Source of the DNA: Anthoceros angustus
Lineage: Eukaryota; Plantae; Anthocerotophyta
Length of the DNA stretch: 64,000 nt
Assembly: GCA_010909165.1 (NCBI GenBank)
Contig: MU008151.1
Coordinates: 248,001-312,000 of the forward strand
Direction of reading: 5' to 3'
Shown: positions 13,148 to 24,719 of the stretch, piece by piece
How the letters are laid out: each line of letters starts with the position of its first letter
How positions within the stretch are numbered: the first letter of the stretch is position 1
Translations under genes and position numbers: made by a program
The notes under the pieces: model-generated
Told to the model about the DNA's origin: nothing
Databases searched by the model: none
Seen by the model: the letters and a program-made list of their open reading frames with translations, nothing else

Positions 13148-13167
13148 AACCACTCGGCCAAAGCTTC
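13148..13167 (-). pseudogene. tRNA-Ser 5' portion (acceptor 5' strand and A box), separated from its 3' half by the LINE
   Basis: - strand GAAGCTTTGGCCGAGTGGTT directly abuts the LINE 5' junction. Confidence 0.8.
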
Positions 13168-13650
13168 TACTTGCAAAAAAAGAGGTGAATCGTAAAGATG
13201 TAACGCCGATAACCATTGAGGAGCTCCACGGTGGGCTACCAAGTCCGTCCTCGAGGAGCTCCCACTGTGGCTACCAAGTCAGCCTCGGGAAAGCAAACAT
13301 GTTGGTTTCCACGAGCCCGCGGGATTCGCACCAGAGCGCAGCGATGGTGGGATTCGCAGCAATCGCGACAGACACGGGCACTAAACTCACGTGCACCTCC
13401 GGATGCTTGATTTCCGGAAAATGCCCAAGAATCAGCGAGGTCAGCCTGGCTTGCCATCGGTTCCCGCGCTGTAGCAGCAGAAACTCTGGCCGGCCGTGGA
13501 CCAGCCTTGCACCAACCTTGCGGCCTACTGTATATGATGCCAGTGTCCACCTCCACACCTCCATTCCACTGCACTGCTCCTCTCTTCCCACAGCCTTCCT
13601 TCCAGCACCAACCTCGCAGCTCCCTGAGGTCGACGCGGAGCCCATCCGAC

Positions 13651-14972
13651 ATGGAGCGGCCCGCATCGTCCCGCTCCCATTCCCGCCGCCCGCCATCCCC
13701 ATCTCCATCGCCTCTGCTCCTCCTGCTCCTCCTTCTGGCGCTCGCCGGCCTGGCCAAGTCGGCGGCTCAACCGGTGGAGGGGTCTCGCTCAACGCCTGGG
13801 CCGACGCCGACCAGGTCCATGTGTCGCAGGTGGACCCGGATCTGGGCACCGTCTGGCCGCACGGGAGGGTGGAGCAAACGCAGCCGACCCTGACGTCGTG
13901 GGGTCGCTGGGGTGACGGTGAAGGTGATCACGAAGGCGGTGGGCGTGGCAGCAAGTGGTTTGCCCGGCTCCCGTTCTGCCGGGGCCGGGTGTGGGTCGCG
14001 CTGAAGCCGAGCAGCAAGACGGATCCCGCATCCTGCCCCGCCGGCGCTGTGGAAACGACCTCGTCGTGCGGGTTCACGGCATGCACCAAGCTCGCCCCCG
14101 GGTGGCACGGCAAGCGGCTCGCGGAGCAGAGACGGGCGTACGACGAGGTCCTGGTCGACTCGGTGGGCGTTTTCAGCCATGGCAGCTTTCCTGCGCGACA
14201 TCATCACGGGCATCATCACCCCCACCGGAAGCACGCCCCCGCGCCCACGCCTGCTCACTCTCCAGCTCCATCGCCCATGCATCATCACCACAAGGCGCCT
14301 GCTCCATCGCCAGTCCATCACCACAAGACGCCGGCTCCGTCGCCTGTGCATCACCACAAGGCGCCGCCTCCATCGCCGGCTCACCACCACAAGGCGCCCA
14401 CGCCGGCTCCGTCGCCAGCAGCCCATCAGCACAAGGCGCCGGCTCCGTCGCCAGCCCATCACCGCAAGGCGCCGGCTGCATCGCCAGCCCATCACCACAA
14501 GGCGCCGGCTCCATCGCCAGTCCATCACCACCAAGTTCCGGCTCCAGCTCCTGCGCATGGTCACGGTCATGGGCACCATGCTCCGTCGCCTCGTAGTCAC
14601 CATTACTCCAGATCGTTGCAATTGTCGGAGGTGTCGCGGCCCAGCAACTGGCATCATCCTTATTCCGAAGCTCCTGAGCATGGCGAGCATCCTCATGAGC
14701 ATCTCGAGCACCCGCATCAGCCGGGGCATCCTCATCCCCACGGCGGGCCAGCCAAGGCTCCAGTGCCCCCGCACCACGGCGACAACAGCTGCAACACCAA
14801 GTGGACGGTGGAGGGCAACGTCATCGAGGTGATGGACTACTCCAAGGAGGAACCCATGAAAGACTCCGCTTGGGAGGACAAGCCGGGCTGCAAGTTGGTT
14901 TCCAAGAACGAGGGAAATTGGCTTCTGGTATGTGTGAAATGTGCAGACGTGCCCTCCGGTAGCTACCCGTAG
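13651..14972 (+). CDS. Secreted His/Pro-rich AGP-like chimeric protein with Cys-containing flanking domains (one frameshift near 13780)
   Basis: ATG at 13651 gives MERP...LLLLLLLLALAGLAKSAAQ (signal peptide). The reading continues in the 12840 frame with about 9 HHHKAPAPSP repeats, an HPE/HPH tract and a C-terminal Cys domain. The upstream part of the 710-aa ORF is antisense LINE and not part of the gene. Confidence 0.75.
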
Positions 14973-15489
14973 GTGGCGAAGGCTATCGACAGCGGGGACG
15001 AGTCTGTCGAGTATGCTCTTCTTCCGTGAACTTGATGTCGATCCTAGTACCTACTGTTGATCGATAGGATCGGTTGTGGCCGTGCTGGATTATGAGCTTG
15101 TGCATCTTGCAAGCGACTGGCTTGATTGGAAGTTGAATTAAGAGAAGTGGATCCTGTGTCTCAAGATTGTCTGCTACCAGTCCCAACACGCGTTTAATGC
15201 CTACGCAACATTACATCTGGAGATAGGGTTTAGGGTTTGTTTGTTGGAAAGTGGACAGACAGGGCGACTTGCACCCTCTTGAGATAGGGCTTAGGGTTTA
15301 ATGTAGATGGCATGCAAGCCGCTGCCGTGAAATTGCTGTATGAGGAAGAAATGTTACTAACCGATGAATAGCAATCCATTCCAAGCCTTCATCCACTTGG
15401 TCGATTCCATCTTCTTTAAGGTTAGGTTGCGGCTGCAAAGTGGCAGCTGGAGATCCCTTACAGGCTCCGGGTTTGTCTCCTGCTGGACA

Positions 15490-16100
15490 GAGGTTCAGGT
15501 TCAGAGCCCAGCAGCAAGTCGGTCACCTGCCCTGCCGGATCCGTGCAGACCAATTCGTGGTGCGGATTCACGACCTGCACCCAGCTCGCCCCTGGGTGGC
15601 GCGGCAAGCGGCTTGCGGAGAAGAAACAGCCATATTCGCCAGGCAAGGGCAGGGGCCCGCACAAGGCTCCGGCTCCATCGCCTCGCCCGCCGTGGCCAGC
15701 GCCCAATTAAGGCTCCGACTCCAGCCCCAGGTATCGCTGCCCAGCAGTTGGCGTCATCCTTATTCGGAAGCGGTAGCTCGTGAGCATGCCGAACATCCTC
15801 AATACGAGCATCCTGAGCATCCCGAAAATCTGCACCCTTGGTATCCTCATCCCCAGGGCGGCTCAGGTAAGGACCCAGTGACCCAGCACCATGGCGATGA
15901 GATCTGCAAGTCCAAGTGGGCCGTGCAGGGGAACGTCGAAATCCAAGTCATGGACTACTCCTTTGTTGAAGGAGAAACCCGTGGAGGACAAGTCAGACTG
16001 TAAGTGGGTTCCCAACAAAGAGGATAATTCGCTTCTGGTTTGTGTGAAATGCAGACGAGCCTCCAGTGGCTACCCGTCCGAGGTGAAGACTGCCGAGAGC
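15490..16100 (+). pseudogene. Degenerate tandem paralogue of the His/Pro-rich gene
   Basis: Homologous segments across frames: tcgtggtgcggattcacgacctgcacccagctcgcc, WRHPYSEA, HHGDEICKSKWAVQGNVEIQVMDYS and CKWVPNKEDNSLLVCVKC. The repeat tract is largely deleted. Confidence 0.8.
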
Positions 16101-16111
16101 GGCGACCAGCC

Positions 16112-16318
16112 TGGCTTAGGCCAAATGGACACACATTTATAAGAACGCCGTGATTAAGCATCCTGAGCTCAGATGGGTACTTAGATGGGGTGCCTAAAGG
16201 AGTGGATGCCCTTGGTGCAAGTAGCTTAGGCACACCATGGTACAAGTGGCTTAAGTACCAAGTCCCATGACGGAAATCCTTCCTTAGTGGACTGAAATAA
16301 AATTCTTCTTCTTCTTCT
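16112..16318 (+). mobile_element. Short non-LTR retroposon (SINE or LINE 3' end, second family) with a (TTC)n tail
   Basis: About 200 bp similar to 57204-57408. Ends ccttagtggactgaaataaaattcttcttcttcttc. Confidence 0.7.
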
Positions 16319-17697
16319 GTTGAGAATCCTCTGCCGTCTTCATGATGTGGACTCGCAGTAGTTTACATCGACTGAGCTAAGAAGAGAAAAGAATAAGCTA
16401 AGGATATGATCCGTTTTGGCTTGTGCAACTTGCAAGCGCTTTGCTTCATTGCGATTAGAATGAAGAGCGTTGGCTCAGTCCTTATACATTTGTTAGAACT
16501 AAATAAGTAATGGTTTTGGAATTCAAGGCCTTAATCCCACGATTTCAATAAACTTTGGCTGTTGGCTGTTAACCTACTTGATCTTTGACCTTCAGTTTAT
16601 ATTTAAATATATAAGCTTTGGCTTTCTGCTTTCTATCTCTTGGATTTCTGAACGTGGGCTTTAGTCTTGTACCTCTTGACTTTCTTAATAATACATTCTC
16701 AGGATATTCTCGGTTTCATGAGAAGCTCTTCATAGAGCTTTCGATCATCAGCAGAACAACCTGAATTGCGGCAAGAGTTTTAATCTTGTAAGCTGCACGA
16801 GCTCTTAGCTTTGATGTAAGTCCGATAAAGCCTCTTGTATCCGAATGTCGAATGCGAGGATGCGCATACCTTGAATTTCAATAGGTTCAATCAAGAGGTG
16901 GATTCAGCTAAACCAGGAGCGGAGCAAGAGCAAGATATAGGATGGGTCTTTTCAGGGTAACAATATTTTGTGAGCTGCTGAATAGTCCGTGGATGGGCAA
17001 ACAGGCGTGGCGATCCAGTGGCTACTAAACATACAGCTGACTTGTGTATTTATGGCACGACAAGTTCAAGCTGTCACTGAATGTGAGTTCTTCCTAAACA
17101 CTCACCATGCGCGTTTTTTCCATCGCGATGTTGGTTCCAATCACGTTGGAGGTTATGAAGGAATGGGTGTTGAGCAATTTCTTGAGGTTTGCATCACAAA
17201 AGTTACTGAACCCTGTAACTGTTTGGGTAACATTCAGATTACTTCTGCTACTGGTGCCAAGTGTATATGAAGGCGTCACATACCAACTGAAAGACAAGGG
17301 TTCAGACGTGCATAGTTTCTCCCTGAAGTCAGGTATGCGCATATCAAAGGACCAATGGAAAGGAGAAAAAGTTCCTCTCGTTCCTCGTCCCGGTTGCAAA
17401 GCAAAGCTGAGCTGTAGGCGGTTGTAGTGTTTCATCCAATCCGTTCAAATTCCTGCCGCTGAGTGAACTTCAAACCCCGACAGTCGATCTGGGTAACTTG
17501 CCGGATATTTGTGGAATTTGGAGCTCGAAAACCAGCGACAGTACAAGAATATGGGAAGCCGAACGGGATGCACCGAATTGAATGGGCCACGGAATACCTT
17601 TGTTACTCCAAGGTTCAAGATTGCAGTGAAGAAATCTGCTGTAACCCGGAGACTTCATCGAGAGCTGCCTGTACAGGCCGAATGGAGGCACGTCGAC

Positions 17698-19200
17698 ATG
17701 GCCGAGACAAGCAGCGATGAGATGATCCTGGCAGTAGAGAGAGCGCTGGGGGAGGAGCTGGAGTGGACAGATCCACCTCGAAACAAACCCGATTGGAAAC
17801 ATAGCGATAGCGACTCAGATGGAGCGGGAAGCGTGTACACAAGCGGATCCGACTCCGATTCGCGCTCGAGCGAGAACGTGCTTGTGGAGCAGCCGTGGTG
17901 CTTCATGCTGGTGCAGCCCGGCATGGCCGACCGGTGGAAGGTGATGGCTCCCGGGAGGCCACGCGGCTGTGGCTTCACGACCCGAGAATCCCAATCCGCT
18001 GTGGTACTGGGTGCCCGTGGACAGGGTGGAGTCTGCCATCCGCCGGATCCAGCCGCTCACCCCGGCCTCCTACATGGTGGGGCTCTACCCGCCGCGCGGC
18101 CCGGCTCATGTCCAGTTACCTGGTGGGCGATCCCAGCCACCCGACGACCTGGAAGGAGATCCAGTGCCAACCTGAGCTGCAGTCGCCCAACTCCCAGGAG
18201 CACGTGTTCGCGCACTTGCTCACCCTGCCCAGTTTCCTGGACTTCCGCATTCTGGAGTTCGGGGCTGTGGAGAATCCGCGCACCGGGGCTGTGACCATCA
18301 GGGTTGCAACGCACATCACCAGCGTGGAGAAGTGGTGCCGGATCGGAGATGACCACAGCCGGCAGGAGAATCGAAGGCCCCGGCCCATCCAGTGCGCCGG
18401 CGGTCAGAAACGTGGGCCAATTCATCTCCAGCTGCGTGAAGGGGAGGATGGTGTACATCGCCATCGTCACCCGCCGTCAGGGCAGCAGCAGGGGTTGGTG
18501 CAGGTGTGGATGTACAGCTGGGAGGAGAAGGCGTTCGCGGAGTACATCGAGGCGATGGGATGGCAGAACGACCCGAAGCTGGGGAAGGCGGTGTGGGAGA
18601 CGTTCCAGCTACTGTTCGACTACAACACCGAGATGCTGATGATCTGGGCCGGATGGACGGAGGACGAGTTGTATACCGGGGCGGTGGACAGGAATGCGAA
18701 GTGGATGGTGAGAAGATTCGGGAGGCTGAAGTTGGACAATATCGCCGGGAAGTGGGTGCTGGAACGGGAGGAGGAGGGTTCCAAGATCAAGGACGCGGGC
18801 TTCTACTTCAGCCAGCCGTGCTATGCGTCGGATCAGGGCGGGACGTACAGATATTCCCGACCTGGAATAGGGATTATGTGAGTAGCAGGAAGAGTAACCA
18901 CGGGAACTGGGGTTCGACGATTCGGATGGATCCTGGCACTGCCCTATCCTCCCGACGTGTACTTGTCCACTCTGAGGAGGAGGAAGCTGGAGAGTGCGTG
19001 TGCATTGGGAGTTTCTGGCCCAAGTCGGAGACATTGGTAAAATTCACAGGCTGCAGGAGGTTATCCTGCTTTGGTATAAACGTCGGAGACGATAGATCTG
19101 GAAGACGAGGACACGGAACGGCAAAGGGAACGAGGGAAGATGAAAGAACTAGCGAATGGGTAGTGGGCGGTGTGTAGCGAGAAGGACGAGTAATTGTGGG
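17698..19200 (+). pseudogene. Frameshifted paralogue of the 23133-24719 orphan protein
   Basis: MAETSSDEMILAVERALGEELEWTDPP and EIQCQPELQSPNSQEHVFAH..LDFRILEFGAVENPRTG are shared. Several frameshifts; the end is approximate. Confidence 0.85.
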
Positions 19201-19587
19201 CAGTATTATCACCTCCGTTGGTCGTAATCTTTGAGCGATTTGATTTCACAGAGCCAAACCGCCCTGGAAGTTTGCAGGATGAGGAGGAGGAGGATAGCAT
19301 CACCTATGTTACAATTTGGGTGGTCTCTTTCACAGGCCTGGGCAGCACGGTAGGCGTGCAGTACTCGAAGAATGATTGCACTGATGATGACGCAACCTTG
19401 GCCAATGTTAGCGGCGTGTCTGGGCATCACAATCATCCTAACTGTCCTTGGATCGCATTAGGTGAATAAGAAGAAGCACAAACCCGCGTTTTCCTAGTGC
19501 TTCCAGTTCCACCAGCTTCCTTCCCAAGTCCCAACATTGCTGCAATTCCAGCTTCCAGATTCCAGAGCTGACAGCTCACCTGAAAGC

Positions 19588-20004
19588 ATGGCCACTTTAA
19601 AGCATGTGTGGGCAGGAGCTTCCGTCCTCGCCACGCTAGCGACATGCGTGCTGGCTGGTAGCGGCGATGCCGCCTTCCTTAGTCGGTCCCATCAACGGCG
19701 ACACCTTCACGGCGAAGCCTTTCAGCCTCGTTCTAGAATTCTAGTATCACCTCACCCCCTTCCGAGGAGGAGGTGGTGCCGCCGGTCGATCCGAACACAT
19801 TGTTCGGCGAAATCGACATGTACGACGTGCACCTCACCACCACGTCGGATCCCAACTCCCCGAGATCGCATGCGGCTATGCTACCTCTTCTTCGATGAAC
19901 CTTTGGAGTGCTCGGGCTACGAGAATAAGGTGACAAGGGTTTTCAACGACAACAGCGGCTTCCCAGCCAACAGCAGCATCAACGTGGAGGGATTTGGGCC
20001 TTGA
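19588..20004 (+). pseudogene. Possible secreted protein remnant of unknown family
   Basis: Signal-like MATLKHVWAGASVLATLATCVLAGSGDA and GC-rich coding-like composition, but the frames are broken. Confidence 0.35.
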
Positions 20005-20559
20005 CATCCCGCCGGCAGGTTACAGCTACACCGTGGTGGGAGGAACCGGCGCTTTCGCCGGTGCTTAGAGGAGTCTTTACCGACATAGTGTTCTCCTTCA
20101 ACGCCACTGCAGAAATGCTCCAGAATGCAAGCATTGTACAAGCTCGAATTTTTGTGCCGGCCTTCCTGCTGCAGCCAAGGTGAACATTGGCAAATAATGT
20201 CAGTGATATAGTGGCAGCCTTCAACGAAAATGGTGCCTGCAGAGGCCAAGCCTCAGGAACTGCTACAGGGTTATAAAGCACAAAAAGCATGCCCGGGTTT
20301 CAAATGTTCCGGTGTGGAGCATTAACAACAGTCTACAAACGAGTAATGGGAGAGCTCGCCTGAGAGTTCCTGTGCTACCACTAGGAGTTTCATAACGAAT
20401 CGTCCACAGACAACGCCTGCTAATCCATCCTCAAAACCCTGTCCAGCAGGAACGAAAACCCCGGAGCCTATAAGGATCTCCAACTCCACAGTGCAGGAAA
20501 CCAACCTAACCTAAAGTGGCTACAATTGACCAAGCAAACACACTCAAGGCTGCAGATGA

Positions 20560-21260
20560 AAGCTTGAAATGGATCCTTCCACACCCCAGTGGCACAGGCC
20601 ACTGAGCTGCATCGCTAGCCCAAGCCTACTCATGATTCGGAAACGTGCTCAAATTCCTTCTCCAACGCCCCTGGCGTCCGCTGGCAGGGGTCTGTGCCCC
20701 GAGCGTGGAACTCAACACCACCTCATGTGCCCACATCAGCAATGCTAACCAACTAGTGCTGCGGGTGGAACCTACTTCGCAAAGAAATAATGTCGGGACA
20801 ACAAAATCCAAGATTGCAATAACATAAATTTAACTCCCACGAGAGAAGTTGGGCCCTCAGCTTTCAAGTAGTCACTCTTCTTACCCAGGCCTTACCCACA
20901 AGGCATCTCCATTTGCTGATTATATCCGCCTTGCACAATTAAGCCCATTGCAGGCCATGGGCTGTCTGAACCATTTTCAAAACGATGACCAATGAACCTT
21001 GCACAAGTATCAGAGCCCACCTGCTGGGCAGAACCAGGTTGAGCTGTCAACCTTGCACAATTATCTGAGCCCCCTGCTGGCCATGGGCCGAACCATGTTG
21101 AGCATGATCAACCTTGCACAATTATCTGAGCTTCCCTGCTGGCCATGGGCAGAACCAGGATGAACAATCAACCACCCCAGTCTGCAACAACAGAAGGAGA
21201 CATCTCTGCCAGGCATGTTATTGAATACATTATTTAGGAGTTTCGAAACAGGAAAATAAT
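20560..21260. repeat. Dispersed repeat block with 60-69-bp internal tandem units (also about 25490-26260, 26420-27010 and 60055-60300)
   Basis: Recurring caatcaaccttgcacaa..atctgagcccccctgctggccatgggcagaacca. Shared flank cagcaatgctaaccaactagt. Confidence 0.88.
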
Positions 21261-21689
21261 GCAATTGCACACACCTTGAGAAGGCAAGCGAAAGTAACTT
21301 GGTTTCCCACAATAAAGCCTTCCTCCTCCATTTGTCCATATATTTTTGTTCCAGTGGTTCAATGCGAACCGAGTAATCCTGTGAGAGACGCTGTTAGAGA
21401 GGTCCTCAACTCTCAACAGCTTTTTCGTTCTTGGGTAATTAGGCGCCCCATGGCCAACCAAGCGACGATCCCTAACCAGTGCCAACGACAAGCTTGCTTC
21501 TTCCTTTGCCCCAACTCTTCGTTGCTTGCATTTGAAGAACTGGTCCATCATCCATTAGCTGACTTCACAGAGTACAGGTTCGGGAGTGTGGACATCACAG
21601 GACTTCAAGGTCAAGGCTTTTGAGAAGAACCAATTGCTTTCAGACTTACCTCCAAACTTGTAAGGAGTTACTACTGTAGTAGGTGACAG

Positions 21690-22220
21690 CTCTTCTCATC
21701 AGTCAGCAGGACTTGTGAGTTTAGCTATCTCGTGTGCAGTACCTGAGCCCAGATTTGCCAGACTTTGATGCTACAAATCGAGATTTGTACTACTAATAAA
21801 TGATTGACACTCGAACAACCTTACCATGTGCGTATGTACATGACAATGGTACCAGCCTGCCATGCTGGGCAGCTAATTCAATTCAATTTGATTTGATTGC
21901 GGTGATGTAGAAGATGTCCATTCCCAGCCATCATTCAACGAAGTGGTGCCTGCACAGACCAAGCCTTTAAGAATTGCTACAAAATAAAAAACCATAGAGT
22001 CCTTGCAATGTGTTTCTAATGTTCGGGTCTGGAGCATAAACAGTAATTTTCAGTTCACCTGAGAGTTCCTAATGTTCCACGATGAATTTCATAACAAATC
22101 CTCCTTTGATGAGCAGCAAATCCATGGCAACTTCAAAACCCTATCCAGCAGGAAACAAAACCCCGGAGCCTGTAAGGGATCTCCAGCTGCCACAGTGCAG
22201 GGTAACCAACCTCACCTAAA
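21690..22220 (+). repeat. Segmental duplicate of about 24920-25470
   Basis: Shared ctcttctcatcagtca..ggacttgtgagtttagctatctcgt..gcagtacctgagcccaga and following sequence. Confidence 0.88.
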
Positions 22221-23132
22221 CGTAGATGGAAGAATCTAAGTAGACACCCTCAAGGCTGTGCAGATGAGGCTTGGAATTCTCGACATAAAGTAACATCTAA
22301 ACTTTAACCGGAGACAAGCCTGGCCAGGGCGAAATGAGAGTAGCCTTTAGTAGCGGCCGAAAGCCGGCGGGGTCCTCGATTTGTTTCAAGATAAATTCGG
22401 AAAATAGGTTTGGATGATCTTTGCACCGAAAAATTTGCAGACATGCTTCTTGTCATCACGTGAACCTGGGCTTTCCAACGAGCTCCCACTTGCCCAGAAC
22501 CATGCCGAAAAGACTTGGAAATCGCCATCGATTTTTCGACGAGGCAGGCAAGGGCAAGGGCTCTGCGGCTTGGTATGGCACACACTGGACGGTCTTGAAC
22601 CCCATACGCGTACGCTTGTGAAAGTGAGCTTGAGGATGCTTTTCACAGTTCGCACAAAGCCATTTCGAACAAGCTTCACCCCCTGAGGCGACTTCAGGCA
22701 TGCCTGGTGCGACGCCTACCGAAGGCAGCTGAAGCAATGCACAGGCCTGCAACTTCAATGCAATCATGAAGCACATGTGCTTGACGCTTGTTGAGTTGGT
22801 GGAACGCTGCCATGTACAGTAAGCGGCAGAACGCTCGGTTGTATGTATGTACATGAAGGCCTTTTAGGGTTAGACGCTAGGGTTTGTGTCATCAGGCTGT
22901 GCTCTCAACGGTGCACCTTGTAGGCTATGCCCTGTCCTAGGGCTATTAAGCTCGTGTCCTGTACCTTACATTCAAATATTTTACAACAAGCCAAACGGCA
23001 CACCGAATTGGAAGGGCCACGGAATACCGTTGTTCCTTCAAGATTCAAGACAGTGATGGAATCTGCTTCAACCCGGAGAGGAGATTGCATCGCGTGCTGC
23101 CTGTAGAGGGCGAACGCATAAGGCAGGTCGAC

Positions 23133-24719
23133 ATGGCCGAGATGGAGACATCCAGCGATGAGATGATCCTGGTTGTTGAGAGAGCGCTGGGCGAGAAGCT
23201 GAAGTGGACTGATCCGCCTCGAACCAAACCCAATTGGCATCATTGCGATGACGACCCAGATGGAGCGGGAAGCGTGTACACAAGCGGATCCGACTCCGAT
23301 TCGTGCTCGAGCGAGAACGTGCTTGTGGAGCAGCCGTGGTGCTTCATGCTGGTGCAGCCCGGCATGGCAGAGCGGTGGAATGTGATGTGTCCCAAGGAAG
23401 CCACGCGGTTGTGGGTTCTGGACCCCGCGAATCCCAATCCGCTGTGGTACCGGGTGCCCGTGGATAGAGTGCAGTCTGCCATCCGCCGGATCCAGCCGCT
23501 CACCCCGGCCTCCTACATGGTGGGGCTCTACTTCCGCCGCGCGGCCCGGCTCATGTCCTGTTACCTGGTGGGCGATCCCAGCTTCCCGGATACCTGGCAG
23601 GAGATCCAGTGCCAACCCGAGCTGCAGTCGCCCAACTCCCAGGAGCACGTGTTCGCGCACATGCTCGCCGTGCCCGGTTCCCTGGACTTCCGCATTCTGG
23701 AGTTCGGGGCTGTGGAGAATCCGCGCACCGGGGCGGTGACCATCAGGGTTGCCATGTACATCTCCAGCATGATTAAGTGGGGAAAGCAGGGACCGGAGAT
23801 GACCACGGCCTGCAGGAGAATCGAACTCCCAGGCCCTTCCTGTGCACCGGCTGCCAGAAACGTGGGCCAATTCATCTCCAGCTGCTTGAAGGGGAGGATG
23901 GTGTACATCGCCATTGTCACCCCACCGTCGGGGCAGCAGCAGGGGCTCTTGCAGGTGTGGGTGTACAGCTGGGAGGAGAAGGTGTTTGCGGAGCACATCG
24001 GGGCGATGGGATGGCGGAACGACCCGATGCTGGGGAAGGCGGTGTGGGAGACGTTCCAGGTGCTGTTCGACTACGACAGTCAGAGGCTGATGATCTGGGC
24101 CGGGTGGACGGAAGACGAATTGTACACCGGTGGGGTGCACAGGAATGGGAAATGGAAGGTGACCAGATTCGGGAGGCTGAAGTTGGACAATATCGCCAGG
24201 AAGTGGGTGCTGGATCCGACTGAGGTGGGTTCTAAGGTCAGGGACGCGACGTTGTACTTCAGCCAGCCGAGCTATGCGTCGGGATCGGGGCGAGATGTTC
24301 AGATCAGCTCGACCTGTGATGGGGATTTCGTGAGTTGCACGAAGAGTAACTACGGGGAGATAGGGTTCGAGGATTCGAGGAGATCCTGGCGACTGCCCTA
24401 TCCTCCCGACGAGTACTTGGCCGCTCAGGCTGAGGAGAAGGCTGCAGAGTCCGTGTGCATTGGGAGTTTCAGGCCCAGGGTGGGAGACACGAAGGACATT
24501 CGGCAGGTGGCTGCCCAGACGAAATTTGCCCCTCTTTTGGAACAAACGTGGGTGGGAGACACTAAGGACATTCGGCTGGTGGATGCCCAGACGCAATCTG
24601 TCCCTCCTTTGGTGGCTGCCCAGACGAAATCTGTCCCCCCTTTGCCGCGGATGACAGATCAGCTAGACGAGGAGATCGAACAGCGAAGGCAAAAGGGGAA
24701 GATGCAGGAACGCGGCTGA
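23133..24719 (+). CDS. Intronless orphan protein of about 528 aa, possibly a beta-propeller (F-box-associated/kelch-like) fold
   Basis: Uninterrupted GC3-rich ORF conserved with the 17698 paralogue. Acidic Ser-rich N-terminus, Trp-rich beta-strand-like segments (RLWVLDP, LLQVWVYSWEE) and short C-terminal repeats (VGDTKDIR, AAQTK). The fold call is inference. Confidence 0.8.
   Translation: MAEMETSSDEMILVVERALGEKLKWTDPPRTKPNWHHCDDDPDGAGSVYTSGSDSDSCSSENVLVEQPWCFMLVQPGMAERWNVMCPKEATRLWVLDPANPNPLWYRVPVDRVQSAIRRIQPLTPASYMVGLYFRRAARLMSCYLVGDPSFPDTWQEIQCQPELQSPNSQEHVFAHMLAVPGSLDFRILEFGAVENPRTGAVTIRVAMYISSMIKWGKQGPEMTTACRRIELPGPSCAPAARNVGQFISSCLKGRMVYIAIVTPPSGQQQGLLQVWVYSWEEKVFAEHIGAMGWRNDPMLGKAVWETFQVLFDYDSQRLMIWAGWTEDELYTGGVHRNGKWKVTRFGRLKLDNIARKWVLDPTEVGSKVRDATLYFSQPSYASGSGRDVQISSTCDGDFVSCTKSNYGEIGFEDSRRSWRLPYPPDEYLAAQAEEKAAESVCIGSFRPRVGDTKDIRQVAAQTKFAPLLEQTWVGDTKDIRLVDAQTQSVPPLVAAQTKSVPPLPRMTDQLDEEIEQRRQKGKMQERG

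Noticed and set aside
12840-13650. N-terminal part of the 710-aa ORF
   Set aside because: It is antisense LINE, a tRNA fragment and promoter sequence. The signal peptide starts at 13651 in another frame.
15224-15300. Interstitial telomere
   Set aside because: Only 2-4 scattered TAGGGTTT units, which are at most telo-box motifs.
16989-17435. Kinase-like FFHRDV motif and overlapping ORFs
   Set aside because: No other kinase subdomains (VAIK, DFG, APE) are identifiable, so it cannot be supported.
22905-24596. 563-aa minus-strand ORF (and similar ones at 13767-14777 and 18057-18470)
   Set aside because: These are antisense shadows of GC3-rich plus-strand genes.
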